From positions 13,863 to 77,862 of the forward strand of contig DATBDG010000155.1 in NCBI GenBank assembly GCA_036270055.1: DNA of 64,000 bases. Direction: 5' to 3'. Both the position numbers and the translations under genes were made by a program. Within the stretch, counting starts at the first letter, position 1. Every line of letters starts with the position of its first letter. The notes under the pieces were generated by a model. That model had not been told where the DNA came from. It did not search any database and saw nothing but the letters and a program-made list of their open reading frames with translations. Origin of the DNA: Chthoniobacterales bacterium (lineage in GTDB: Bacteria; Verrucomicrobiota; Verrucomicrobiia; Chthoniobacterales; UBA10450). Shown piece by piece: positions 18,532-28,226 of this stretch.

Positions 18532-20468
18532 CGCAATGTCCCGTAAACGCTTCGCGGCACCTCGCGCGTGATCGTGGCGCCGGCAAATTCTGCGTGCGAA
18601 TCGTGCAAAAGATTGCGGCCCACGAGCGCGAGCTCGAGGCCCTTGACCGGCGACCAGGCGAGACGCAGATCCATTTCCAGATAGGACGGGGTCGAGGGAT
18701 TGGGCAGTTGGTCGACAAAACGAAGGTAGGAATCGAACTGCACATTGCCGGGCAGGTCGATCGCCGAATGCGCCAGAAAGCTCAGGTTCGGATCGTTGGC
18801 CTCGCCGGTTCCGCCGCTCTCGTCGTTGCTTCCCGCGTCGCCCCGGATGGCGAGCTGCAGGACCGAAACGCTCCCATCCAGTTGCCACCAATCGGTCACC
18901 CGCCATTTAGCCGCGAGAGTGCCGCCGTAGGATTCGCCTTCCTGCCGATTCTCGAGCAGGATGATTCCGTCAGGCTGGAGCTCCTGGCTGCGGAGGTTGT
19001 CGTAGTCGTTGTAAAAAAGGGCGAGATCGAAGGAGATCTGTTCCATCGCCTTAAGCCGGTAACCCAGCTCGTAAGCCACCAGTTCTTCCGAATCGAACCC
19101 GCTCGTCCCGGCAAACACGGCCGGCAGTCCGGTCGAAGGATTGGGCGCGACCAGATCCTGATCGATCCGGGTCGGAGTGCGAACGGCGCGGGAGATCGCG
19201 CCCCAGATGCTCTGGCCTTTGCTCGGCAGCCAGAGGAAACGCACGGTCGGCTGAATCTCGAATCCGCTAAAGGTGTTGTATTCAATTTTCGTCCCGGCCG
19301 TGATGGAAAAGAGATCCGGGACGATGTGCCATTCATCCTGCAGATAACCGCTCACCAGTTGCTGCGTATCGCTCGAGGGCAGAAAGGCGAGCGAGGGACC
19401 GAGGTTGCCGATGTCGTCATCCGAGACCCGGTAGTTGGCCCCGTAGACGATGTCGTGTTCGCCGCTCCGAAACTGGTGGTGCAATTCCAGGTCGTAGGTG
19501 TTGCGTTCTTCCTCGAATACTCGCGGGATGAGCCGGTGCGTCCGGTCGAAATAGGCCTGCAGCGTCAGGTTGGAATCTTGCCCCAGCTCGCGCGTCCAGC
19601 GCCCGATGACATTTCCCCCGTCGACCTCGATGTCGCCGCTGTTGAGCTGCCCGAAATATCCGCTGTAGATGTCGCCTTGGAGCGTGACGTTATCCTCCCG
19701 ATGAATCCGCGAATCGACCCGAAATCCCCCCTGCGTGATGTGATAATCGTCCTGCGCGTCGCCACCGGCCGAGAGATCGAGACTGTCGCGGCTCTGGTGT
19801 AGGACGTAGACACGATAGGCCGTGTTCGGTCCGATCATTCCGCCATAACGAATGCCTCCAAAGCCGGTCTCTTCATCGCCCGCCCCGCCGTAGATCATCA
19901 CTCCCTGGGTCTCGTCGGCCGATTTGGTGCGAATGTTGATCACGCCATTAACGGCATTGGCGCCCCAGAGCGTGGCGCCGGGGCCGCGAATGATTTCGAT
20001 CTGGTCGAGGTCGGGCAGGAAAGTCTGTTGCACATCCCAAAAGACGCCGGAGAAGAGCGGCGAGTAGAGGGTGCGGCCATCCATCAACACCTGCAGTTTG
20101 TTGGCGGTGGAAATGTTGAAGCCGCGGGTCGAGATCGCCCAGGTATGGCCATCGATCTGCGCCACCTCCATCTCGGGCGCGAGGCGCAATGCGTCCGGCA
20201 AATTCGTCACCCCCGCCCGCTGGATATCCTCCGCAGTGATAACATCGATCGCGCTCGCGGCCCGTGAGAGCGGCTCCGGTCGCCGGGCCGCCGAGGTGAT
20301 CTCCACGTCGAGCAATTGTTCGATCGGCAACTTCTTCAGCTCCGCCGGCGAGCGATAGGCGGGCGGCGCCGGGCTCTCTCTCGGACTCGGCGTCGGGACG
20401 CGCAGAGCGTTCTGGGCCGAGGCGTGCCCCATCCCGAGCAGGAAGAGAAAGACGAAGAGTCGCTTCAT
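18519..20468 (-). CDS. TonB-dependent outer-membrane receptor
   Basis: Signal peptide, plug domain (..IEIIRGPGATLWGANAVNGVINI..), long beta-barrel, C-terminal ..YGTLRWSF. Confidence 0.9.
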   Translation of the reverse strand: MKRLFVFLFLLGMGHASAQNALRVPTPSPRESPAPPAYRSPAELKKLPIEQLLDVEITSAARRPEPLSRAASAIDVITAEDIQRAGVTNLPDALRLAPEMEVAQIDGHTWAISTRGFNISTANKLQVLMDGRTLYSPLFSGVFWDVQQTFLPDLDQIEIIRGPGATLWGANAVNGVINIRTKSADETQGVMIYGGAGDEETGFGGIRYGGMIGPNTAYRVYVLHQSRDSLDLSAGGDAQDDYHITQGGFRVDSRIHREDNVTLQGDIYSGYFGQLNSGDIEVDGGNVIGRWTRELGQDSNLTLQAYFDRTHRLIPRVFEEERNTYDLELHHQFRSGEHDIVYGANYRVSDDDIGNLGPSLAFLPSSDTQQLVSGYLQDEWHIVPDLFSITAGTKIEYNTFSGFEIQPTVRFLWLPSKGQSIWGAISRAVRTPTRIDQDLVAPNPSTGLPAVFAGTSGFDSEELVAYELGYRLKAMEQISFDLALFYNDYDNLRSQELQPDGIILLENRQEGESYGGTLAAKWRVTDWWQLDGSVSVLQLAIRGDAGSNDESGGTGEANDPNLSFLAHSAIDLPGNVQFDSYLRFVDQLPNPSTPSYLEMDLRLAWSPVKGLELALVGRNLLHDSHAEFAGATITREVPRSVYGTLRWSF

Positions 20469-20624
20469 CTATAAAGGACGTCGGCACCGCAGTTCGGTCC
20501 GCCGGGATCCACCAGCAAAATGCCAGGAGTTGCGCATCGCATGATGATCGGAAGTGATGGTTAGTCCGGCTCTGGGAAAGGTCAATCCGCAATCGCCCAG
20601 CCCAGCTCTCACCGGGCACCAACC

Positions 20625-21548
20625 TCAGGCGAGCTCATCGAACATCTCGGCCAGACCTGACGTGAGGGAATATTGCGGCCGATAGTCGAGGAGCCTTTGC
20701 GCGGCCGAAATGTCGGCCTCCGAACGCACGATATCGCCGGGTGGCATGGGCGCGCGCTCGACCGCGCTCTGCCAGTGCGGGAAAAATTCCCGCATCATTT
20801 CGGCAAGTTGCAAAATCGAGACCGCACGGCCGCAGCCGAGGTTACAAACGGTGAATGGAGCGAGGTCGGGCGCTTCGAGCGCACGCGAAATTCCCGCGGC
20901 GATGTCCTGCACATAGACGAAGTCGCGCGTCTGGGTGCCGTCGCCGAAAATTGTCACCGGCTGGTTTGCGCGCAGCGCGCCGGCGAATTTCGTGATCACG
21001 CCCGAGTAAGGTGAATCGGCCACCTGCCGCGGGCCGAAAACGTTAAAAAAGCGCAACGCGACGAACGAGAAATCGTCCCGGGCAAAGAGGCGCCCGTATT
21101 CTTCACTCGCGACTTTCTGCAGCCCATAGGGTGAGACCGGCCGGCGCGGATGATCTTCCGCGATCGGAACGGTCTCCGGATGACCATAAACCGCCGCCGA
21201 GCTGGCGAAGACGAGGCGGGGAGTGCCGAGCTCGCGGGCCAGTTCGATGACGCGGACGGTGGCGGTCAGATTGCGCGCATGGGCTCGCCCGAGTTGCCCC
21301 CAGGAATCATTGACCGAAGCCAGAGCCGCCAGATGCACGACGGCCGCAAACGGGCCGGCGAGCCGATCGGCCGCGACGGTGAGCAGATCGGCCGGGACGA
21401 TGTCGAGCGCGCCTGCGCAGGGAAGATTCTCTGCTTTACCAGTGCTGAAATCATCGATCACCGTCACGCGATGGCCAGCCTGGAGGAGCCGGTCGACCAG
21501 ATGCGAACCAATGAAACCTGCACCGCCAGTGATGAGATAATGCGCCAT
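20625..21548 (-). CDS. NAD-dependent sugar-nucleotide epimerase/dehydratase (SDR, GalE-like)
   Basis: MAHYLITGGAGFIGSHL Rossmann motif. YxxxK (..SPYGLQKVASE..). Confidence 0.9.
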   Translation of the reverse strand: MAHYLITGGAGFIGSHLVDRLLQAGHRVTVIDDFSTGKAENLPCAGALDIVPADLLTVAADRLAGPFAAVVHLAALASVNDSWGQLGRAHARNLTATVRVIELARELGTPRLVFASSAAVYGHPETVPIAEDHPRRPVSPYGLQKVASEEYGRLFARDDFSFVALRFFNVFGPRQVADSPYSGVITKFAGALRANQPVTIFGDGTQTRDFVYVQDIAAGISRALEAPDLAPFTVCNLGCGRAVSILQLAEMMREFFPHWQSAVERAPMPPGDIVRSEADISAAQRLLDYRPQYSLTSGLAEMFDELA

Positions 21549-21557
21549 CGCGATTCG

Positions 21558-22715
21558 TTAGGTTGGCCGGGCCGATTCTAGCACGCCGCGATAAGTTTCC
21601 CAGGTGCGCCGCACCATCTTTTCGACCGGAAACTGACGTGCCCGCGGCGGACCCGCGGCCCGCAGTTCGGCACGGCGCTCCGGATTGCGGAGCAGCGCGG
21701 CGATGGCGCTGGCGAGCTTCGCCGGGTCAGTCGGATCGACCAATTCCGCCGCCGTGCCCGCCACTTCGGCCGTCGCCGAGGTCGCGCTGGCCACGACACA
21801 GGCGCCGGTCGCGAGCGCTTCCAGGATCGGCAGGCCAAATCCTTCGTAGATCGACGGGAAGACAAAGAGATCCGCCCGGCGGTAGATTTGTTTCAGCATC
21901 GCGTCGGACACAATTCCGAGACGGACGATCGCATCCTGCAACCGCAGCCTTCCCACGAGCATTTCGAATTGCCTCTCGCGTTCCGTCGTCACCAGACCGC
22001 GACCGAAAAGGACCAGCTTCAGCTGCGGAAAATCCCGTTGCAGAACGGCCACGGCCTCGAGGAGCACAGCCAGATTTTTGCGCGGCTCCAGATTGTAAGG
22101 CGACGCGAGCAGCACGGTCCCGGGCTTGAAAACCGGATGCCTCTGCAGAAGATCGTCGCCCGGCTCCGCGAAAAAATTTTCCTCAACGCCGTGATGGACG
22201 ACCACGCTCCGTTCCGGACCGATACCCCAGAGACGCGCCAGATCGTCCGCGGTGGTTTGCGAAATGCAGATGACGCGGGCGGCGCGCTCCTGGAGGCGGC
22301 GGCGATGAAGGCGATAGAGCGGGTCGCGGCGGGTCGTTTCGTACTCGGGAAAGAGTTGTTCGATCAAGTCGTGTTGCGTCACGATCACCGGGCAGCGCGC
22401 GCTGAGCGGGATGAAATCGTGCACGATGTGGAGAAGGGAAATTCGCTCCGCCAGGAAAGAGCGAAGATAGGCCAACTCATCCACCCAGATCGCGCCGCGA
22501 TGTCGCCAGTGTTGGAGGCGCCGATAATGCCAGCACGAGCCGGGCGTGAAGAGATCCTTTAGTTCATCGACCGGCCCCGGGCGCGAGCCGAGCAAAAGAA
22601 AATTCTGCGCGCCGCCGATTGCGGCCAGGCCGCGCACCAGCTGCACAACATAGCGGTAATGCCCTGCTGTCATCTGCAGATGATCGAGGGTCGAGAAATC
22701 GAGTGCGATCCTCAT
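21558..22715 (-). CDS. Glycosyltransferase family 4 (GT-B fold)
   Basis: C-terminal ..FVFPSIYEGFGLPILEALATG.. motif. ATG at 22715 overlaps the upstream stop (ATGA at 22712-22715). Confidence 0.85.
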   Translation of the reverse strand: MRIALDFSTLDHLQMTAGHYRYVVQLVRGLAAIGGAQNFLLLGSRPGPVDELKDLFTPGSCWHYRRLQHWRHRGAIWVDELAYLRSFLAERISLLHIVHDFIPLSARCPVIVTQHDLIEQLFPEYETTRRDPLYRLHRRRLQERAARVICISQTTADDLARLWGIGPERSVVVHHGVEENFFAEPGDDLLQRHPVFKPGTVLLASPYNLEPRKNLAVLLEAVAVLQRDFPQLKLVLFGRGLVTTERERQFEMLVGRLRLQDAIVRLGIVSDAMLKQIYRRADLFVFPSIYEGFGLPILEALATGACVVASATSATAEVAGTAAELVDPTDPAKLASAIAALLRNPERRAELRAAGPPRARQFPVEKMVRRTWETYRGVLESARPT

Positions 22716-23614
22716 CCGCGCTCCCGGCCTTTCCAACCCTGCACGAATCGCGTCGCGCTCCGGCCGACGATGGCCTGCAGGCCCAGACGAACGAGCGCGG
22801 GTGTCGGGAGAGCGCGGGTCTCAAGGAGACGGAAAAGGAGCGTGCGCAGGACCGGGCCGCGCGCGCCTAACGAGTTGAGCTGATGCACCATGTCGCCCGC
22901 GGCCTGCGCGATGGCGCGCCGCTCATCGGGCGAAGCGCCGCGGCGCAAAAGCGGCCGGTAAATTTTCTCGATGATCTCGGCGTGCAGCCGGACGAGTGCG
23001 CGGACCGACTTCGATTGCTCGTGCAACCGGTAGCGGGAAAAGACTTCCGGCACGTAGCGAAATTTTACTCCGCGCTCTCCCAGCTTGAGCCAGAGATCGT
23101 AGTCCATGCAATAATGCAAATCTTCCCGCACCCCGGGCGGAACGATGCTGGTGCGATAAAAACAGGAAGGCTGAGCAATGAAACGGTGCGCCAGATGGCG
23201 CAGGCGCGAGTAAGATTCACTCCGGAACTTTTCGATCACCGTCTCACCGTCTTCGCCCACGTAAAGGCAATCGCCATAGACGACGCCGGCCTCCGGATCC
23301 TTGGCAAACTCATCGGCGACCCGCTGGAGCACACCCGGCTCGAGAAGATCGTCGCTGTTCAACCACGACCAGAGGTCGCCGTGCAGATGGGCGAAGCCTT
23401 TGTTCAGGGCGTGGCTTTGCCCGCGATCTTTCTCGCTTTCCCAGTAGCTGAGCGTCGGCGCATAACGACGAATGATCTCAACGCTCGCATCCGTGCTGCC
23501 GCCATCGATCACGATCATTTCGAGGTCGGGATAACTCTGGTCGAGCAGCGAACGGAGCGTCGCCTCCAGATACGCGCCCTGGTTAAAGGACGGCGTGACG
23601 ATGCTGATTTTCAT
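22712..23614 (-). CDS. Glycosyltransferase family 2
   Basis: MKISIVTPSFNQGAYLEATLRSLLDQSYPDLEMIVIDGGSTD.. GT2 N-terminus. ATGA overlap with the upstream gene at 23611-23614. Confidence 0.85.
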   Translation of the reverse strand: MKISIVTPSFNQGAYLEATLRSLLDQSYPDLEMIVIDGGSTDASVEIIRRYAPTLSYWESEKDRGQSHALNKGFAHLHGDLWSWLNSDDLLEPGVLQRVADEFAKDPEAGVVYGDCLYVGEDGETVIEKFRSESYSRLRHLAHRFIAQPSCFYRTSIVPPGVREDLHYCMDYDLWLKLGERGVKFRYVPEVFSRYRLHEQSKSVRALVRLHAEIIEKIYRPLLRRGASPDERRAIAQAAGDMVHQLNSLGARGPVLRTLLFRLLETRALPTPALVRLGLQAIVGRSATRFVQGWKGRERG

Positions 23615-24924
23615 CCCGCGATCTCCTCGAACCAAGCGAGATAATCCCGAACCATCCGTTCGCGACCGAAAAGCCGCCGCCCGGCCGCTTCCGCCCGGGT
23701 GGACATCGCCTGGCGGCGTTCAGGGTTATCGAGTAGGCCGGCGATCGCTTCGGCCATCGCCCCGGCGTCGCCGGGGGGCGTGAGAATTCCCGTTTCGCCG
23801 TCGACGATCTGTTCCGCAATCCCACCCACTGCGGTCGCCACGACCGGCGTGGCGCAAGCAAGCGCTTCGAGAATCGAGGTCGGAAACGTGTCGGCTCGCG
23901 CGGCGTGGAGATAGAGATCCGCCGCCTGATAAAATTCGGCCACCCGCCGCGGATCTTCCATGAATGGGACAAACCGAATCTCGGCTCGCCCGATCTTTTC
24001 GTTAGGCGCATCCTCCCCGACCGCGAGAAAAATGAGCGGCCGCAAAGTGCCCCGCTCGCCCAGACGCGCGATTGTCGTGCGCAAGGTGCGGTAATCCTTC
24101 CAGACATTTTCGCGGATGCTGAGGGCGGTGAACAAAAGAACATCGGCGTCCGCTGGAAGATCAAGCCGCGCGCGCGCCGCCGCCGGATCGCCGGCCCGGA
24201 AAACTTCGAGATCGATCCCGTTCGGAATCACCCGGCTCTCGATAACGGCGGGCCTGACGATGGAGCGCTCCACCTTATTTAGCAGCCAGCGCGAGGGCGT
24301 GGCGAGATAAAATCGGCTTCGCCCGTAAAGCTCGCGTTTCCGTTCCCAGTTGAAGGCGGTCGCGTCGCGCTCGATCGCGGGCGGGATAGTGAGATCGGGA
24401 CATTGCCCGCAACCGGTCAGCCAGCGTTCGCAGGCGAAGGAGTGCGCGCAATGCCCGCTCAGGAGCCAGGCATCATGCAGGGTGAGGACGAGCGGGACGC
24501 GGGCGGAGAGCTCGGGCAGAAAGCGCAGATCGAAATAATCCCGATGCAGATTGTGGGCGTGCACCACCTGCGGTTGGAAACCGGGCAAATCGAGCAGGCG
24601 CCGGGTCCCGGGATAATGAAACGGCTCCCGCCCACGCCGCCGATCGAATTCATTGGGCAGATCACCCAGCCGCGAAAGCTGGTGGGTGATCCTGGGCAGA
24701 ATCCGCACCTCCCGCTCGAGCAATGCCCGGGTCATCTCGCCTAACGAACGCCGCAGCCAGGGGCGCGGGATCTCATGCACGTCCGGGTCCCGAGAAAATT
24801 TCGTCCCCACCGCGAGTGCGGCGCGCGAGCCACGCGCGCGGTAGCCTTGGAACAAACTCAAGGCGATCTGCTCCGCGCCCCCGGCCCGGTCGCTCGTGCT
24901 CACGAGCAGGATATCGGGTTTCAT
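23611..24924 (-). CDS. Glycosyltransferase family 4 (GT-B fold)
   Basis: ..ADLYLHAARADTFPTSILEALACATPVVATAVGGIAE.. motif. The ATG at 24924 (MKPDILLV..) is preferred over the GTG at 24933. Confidence 0.85.
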   Translation of the reverse strand: MKPDILLVSTSDRAGGAEQIALSLFQGYRARGSRAALAVGTKFSRDPDVHEIPRPWLRRSLGEMTRALLEREVRILPRITHQLSRLGDLPNEFDRRRGREPFHYPGTRRLLDLPGFQPQVVHAHNLHRDYFDLRFLPELSARVPLVLTLHDAWLLSGHCAHSFACERWLTGCGQCPDLTIPPAIERDATAFNWERKRELYGRSRFYLATPSRWLLNKVERSIVRPAVIESRVIPNGIDLEVFRAGDPAAARARLDLPADADVLLFTALSIRENVWKDYRTLRTTIARLGERGTLRPLIFLAVGEDAPNEKIGRAEIRFVPFMEDPRRVAEFYQAADLYLHAARADTFPTSILEALACATPVVATAVGGIAEQIVDGETGILTPPGDAGAMAEAIAGLLDNPERRQAMSTRAEAAGRRLFGRERMVRDYLAWFEEIAG

Positions 24925-24925
24925 T

Positions 24926-26767
24926 TCAGCCACGGAAAAGGCGCTTCAGTTCCCGCTCGAAAACCGGCCCGTTCCAGTTGCGGACAGAGCAGCGCGGCAA
25001 AGCAAAGCGATCGGATTGCGGCCAAACCGGTCCTTCCAGGACGGAGACGGCGGTTCGAAATCTGTTCTCGGCGCAGGCCGCGAGGCAATCGTCATTGAAG
25101 GAACCGAAGGGATAGGAAAAATGTTCGACCGGACGTCCGAGGATTTCTTCCAAGGTTTGCTTGCTCCCCGCGATCTCGGCCGCCTGTTCTGCCTTCGTCC
25201 GATAATCGAGATCGCAATGCGTCACGGTATGTGCGCCGAGCGTAACGAGCGGCTCGCGCGCCAGGGTGGCCAGCTCCTCCGCCGTCAGACAGCGATAGAG
25301 CGGGCGCGCATCGGCCGGGACGCCCGTGATGGAACGCAGGTGCCCCAACACTTCGGCCTGTTGCGAAGCGGCCAGCGGCCGCAGCTCCAGGTGCAGATCG
25401 AAGAAAAGGCGCCGGCGCGCCGTTGCTTCGTCAGGCGTTCGCGGACTCCATTCCCGCGCGCGTCCGTTGATTTGCAACCGCAACACATCTGGCAAAGCCG
25501 TGGCTCCGAGCACGAGCCGCTCCAGATCGTCCCACCAGAATTCGCGCTTCCTCCCAATCTGACCGGTCACGATGTAAATTATCGCGGGCACCCCCGCCTC
25601 GCGCAGGATTGGGAGCGCGTTTTCGAGGTTATCGAGATAACCGTCGTCGAACGTCAGAACGACGCCGCGCCGTGGAAAATCCCGGCTCGGCAAGGCGTCG
25701 GCGAGTTGGTCTAGAGTCATCGGCTCGCCGATCCGTCTGATGACCTCAAGTTGTTCCCGGAAATGGTCGCGGCTAACCGAGAGTTGGTGCGGGTCCCTCT
25801 CCGGCTCATAGACGCGGTGGTAGCAAAGAATGACCGGCGGCGGAAAAATGGCGGCCCGCGTCCGGTGTCGAATCCTGGCGGCGAGACGGCGCGCGCGCCC
25901 CGTCTGCCGGCGGAGGCGACCGGGCAGGCGTTGCACGAAAGAGGGGGGGCGAAAGCGTTTCAGGGCACTCTGCAGGGTCTCCCAGACTTCACCCTGAGCG
26001 GCGCCGCGTTCGACCAGATGTGTCTCGAGCCAACGGAGAAATTCAAGAACTGGCGGTTCGAACCCGCTGGTGCGCCAGGCGATGGCGTTGCAGGAATCGG
26101 GATGTTGCCGATAGCGATACCACGATTTGGAGCAGGCATAGACCGGATAGGAAAGGCAGATCTTGGCATGAACAATCTGGTCCTCGCACATCGTCTTGAA
26201 GCGTTCGTCGTAGCCCCCGACGCGCTCGATCATGCTCGCCCGAACCATGATTCCGCTCGGAATGTTCTTCTCGTTGCGAAGGAAAAGATTCAAGAGCTCG
26301 GGCGGCTGAATGAGCCGGTCGGTCGTCAGCCCCAGATCCTGAATTTCGTCGGTGTCAGCCGGCCGGCCCGTCCAACTGCGCCAGAGTTCGAGCGGCCCGT
26401 AAACATAAGCCGCTTCCGGATGCGCGCGGAGCAGGCGCGATTGATCCGCCAGCTTGTCCGGCCGCCAGACGTCGTCGGCGTCGAGATAGGAAATGAATTC
26501 GCCGCGCGCGTGCCTGAGGCCGAGGTTGCGCGAGGCGCTCATCCCGCGGTTGGCGTGTCCGGCGTGCTCGAGGTAGCGGATCCTGTCGGGGCAACGCGCG
26601 GCGAAATCCTGCGCGATGTTGGTCGCGCGATCGGTCGAGCCGTCGTCGACCAGAAGCAGTTCCCAGTGGGAGTAGGTCTGGGCGCGGACGCTCTCGATTG
26701 CTTCGGTGATAAACCGATCGCCATTGAGGAAAATCGTGATGACTGAAACGAGCGGTTCGTTATCCAT
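24926..26767 (-). CDS. Fusion protein: family 2 glycosyltransferase (N) and NodB-type polysaccharide deacetylase (C)
   Basis: N-terminus VSVITIFLNGDRFITEAIESVRAQTY..LLLVDDGSTD..YLDADD. C-terminus ..VVLTFDDGYLDNLENALPILREAGVPAIIYIV... ATG at 26767 next to the GTG at 26770. Confidence 0.85.
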   Translation of the reverse strand: MDNEPLVSVITIFLNGDRFITEAIESVRAQTYSHWELLLVDDGSTDRATNIAQDFAARCPDRIRYLEHAGHANRGMSASRNLGLRHARGEFISYLDADDVWRPDKLADQSRLLRAHPEAAYVYGPLELWRSWTGRPADTDEIQDLGLTTDRLIQPPELLNLFLRNEKNIPSGIMVRASMIERVGGYDERFKTMCEDQIVHAKICLSYPVYACSKSWYRYRQHPDSCNAIAWRTSGFEPPVLEFLRWLETHLVERGAAQGEVWETLQSALKRFRPPSFVQRLPGRLRRQTGRARRLAARIRHRTRAAIFPPPVILCYHRVYEPERDPHQLSVSRDHFREQLEVIRRIGEPMTLDQLADALPSRDFPRRGVVLTFDDGYLDNLENALPILREAGVPAIIYIVTGQIGRKREFWWDDLERLVLGATALPDVLRLQINGRAREWSPRTPDEATARRRLFFDLHLELRPLAASQQAEVLGHLRSITGVPADARPLYRCLTAEELATLAREPLVTLGAHTVTHCDLDYRTKAEQAAEIAGSKQTLEEILGRPVEHFSYPFGSFNDDCLAACAENRFRTAVSVLEGPVWPQSDRFALPRCSVRNWNGPVFERELKRLFRG

Positions 26768-26828
26768 CACCGCGATGGTTCGCCGTCATGACAACCGAAG
26801 TCGCGCGAAATCGATTTCAGGATCCTTT

Positions 26829-28226
26829 TCACGGAGCGGCTTTTTCGCAGAGGAGAAGGACGCGGGCGCCGGGATACGAGGGCAGAATTTGGATTTTCGA
26901 AAAATGCCGGCCCAACGCCGCCTTGAAGTTGTCGAGGGTGTAACCGGCAAACCAATCCGACCAGAGCGGGCCGACCTCGGGGTCATGACCGGGAATGAAT
27001 TCGACGACGAGCCAGCGCTGGGAGAAGGCGGCCAGCCCAGCGCAGATTTCTCGGAGTCCGAGACGTCGATAGCGAAAGACGAGATCGTGCAGGAAGCCGA
27101 GCATCAAAACCATCTCGCACGGGAAGCGCTCGGTCGCGGCGATGTGAACGTGGCCGCTCAACCCCCGGGCCGGGGTCGGCCGAGTGAAATCCATGACGAG
27201 CGGCAGAATCGATAACTGGCGCGCGCGGGCGCTGGCAAAAAGGCGCGCGACCGCCTCGGGATCGAGATCGAAAGCAAGAACGTCGGCCCCAAATTGCGCC
27301 GCCAGTTCGCTGCGCCAGCCGGACCCACTCGCGATGTCGAGCACGGTGGCCGGTTTTTTCTCACTCAGAATTTGATGCAGACTCCGTTCTTTCGCGTTCC
27401 ACTTTTCGTTAGGCCGAAAATCGTGAGGAGCCGCTTGCGGTTCATCGAACGGCACCCGGACGCTTTCGACTTCGGCTCTGATTTGTTCGAGTCGCACCAG
27501 CAGTGGGATTTCCGGCACCGCCTTTTCGTTTTTACCGAAAACGGAGCGGAACGGGCGCAGAGTTTTCCGCACCGCCTTGCGTTTCTCTTCCGGAAGATGA
27601 CTGAGCAAAGCCGTCGTCACATCGATGAGCAACGAACGCGAGGCTCCCACCAGCTCGAGATCGCCGCGCTGCACGACTTCGCTCTCGGCGATGATGGCGC
27701 GGACGAGTTTCTCGCGGCCTTGCCCCATGAGGTGAAGCGGGTGCACGCAGTTGTCGTAGAACTCCGCTTCCGCCGGCCATTGACGGCTGCCATTCGCCGG
27801 CTGGATCGAAGTGAGATCGACCCAGACCGGACGGCATCCGTCAAAAATGACGTTCCAGGGATGGCCGTCCTTCAACATCAGGTCGTGTCGCGCCAGAGCG
27901 ATCGCGAGATTGATGATCGTGAGGGTGGCGGCGCGAAACATCGCGGCGCACCATTCGAAGGGATAGGAAGCGAAAGCGAGCAACCGATGGCGCAAAACGA
28001 CTTCAAAACCTTCCGCCACATACGGCGTCACTTCAGTCTCGATCAGCAATCCCGCCGCGATCAATTCCCGGCCCGCTTCGCTCTCGACGAACTGCGCCAG
28101 AAAAGGCGCTAAAGGTCCGCTCAGCCCCCGATACAATTCGCCCCGCCATTTGAAAAGCCGCCCCGCCTCATCCTGAAAGGAGAGCGGATGAAAACGGATT
28201 TCGTCGCTCGGAACCGTCTCTTTCAC
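26829..28226 (-). CDS. Two-domain protein: N-terminal kinase-like domain and C-terminal class I SAM-dependent methyltransferase (candidate glycan chain-terminating enzyme)
   Basis: C-terminus ..VLDIASGSGWRSELAAQFGADVLAFDLD.. (SAM motif I). N-terminus ..LMLKDGHPWNVIFDGCRPVWVDLTSI.. resembles the D-x-H-P-x-N ... D motif of APH/protein-kinase-like enzymes. GTG at 28226 overlaps the upstream TGA (GTGA). ORF 26829..28433 extends further into the upstream gene. Confidence 0.7.
   Translation of the reverse strand: MKETVPSDEIRFHPLSFQDEAGRLFKWRGELYRGLSGPLAPFLAQFVESEAGRELIAAGLLIETEVTPYVAEGFEVVLRHRLLAFASYPFEWCAAMFRAATLTIINLAIALARHDLMLKDGHPWNVIFDGCRPVWVDLTSIQPANGSRQWPAEAEFYDNCVHPLHLMGQGREKLVRAIIAESEVVQRGDLELVGASRSLLIDVTTALLSHLPEEKRKAVRKTLRPFRSVFGKNEKAVPEIPLLVRLEQIRAEVESVRVPFDEPQAAPHDFRPNEKWNAKERSLHQILSEKKPATVLDIASGSGWRSELAAQFGADVLAFDLDPEAVARLFASARARQLSILPLVMDFTRPTPARGLSGHVHIAATERFPCEMVLMLGFLHDLVFRYRRLGLREICAGLAAFSQRWLVVEFIPGHDPEVGPLWSDWFAGYTLDNFKAALGRHFSKIQILPSYPGARVLLLCEKAAP

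Noticed and set aside
20469-20624. Possible cobalamin or other riboswitch in the 5' leader of the TonB-dependent receptor operon
   Set aside because: The leader has a weak AGCCGGA..CC resemblance to a B12 box, but it lacks the other conserved cobalamin-riboswitch elements (GGGAA, GGTGAAA-TCC, paired helices). The operon context (YfiR-like protein and kinase) is not that of B12 uptake.
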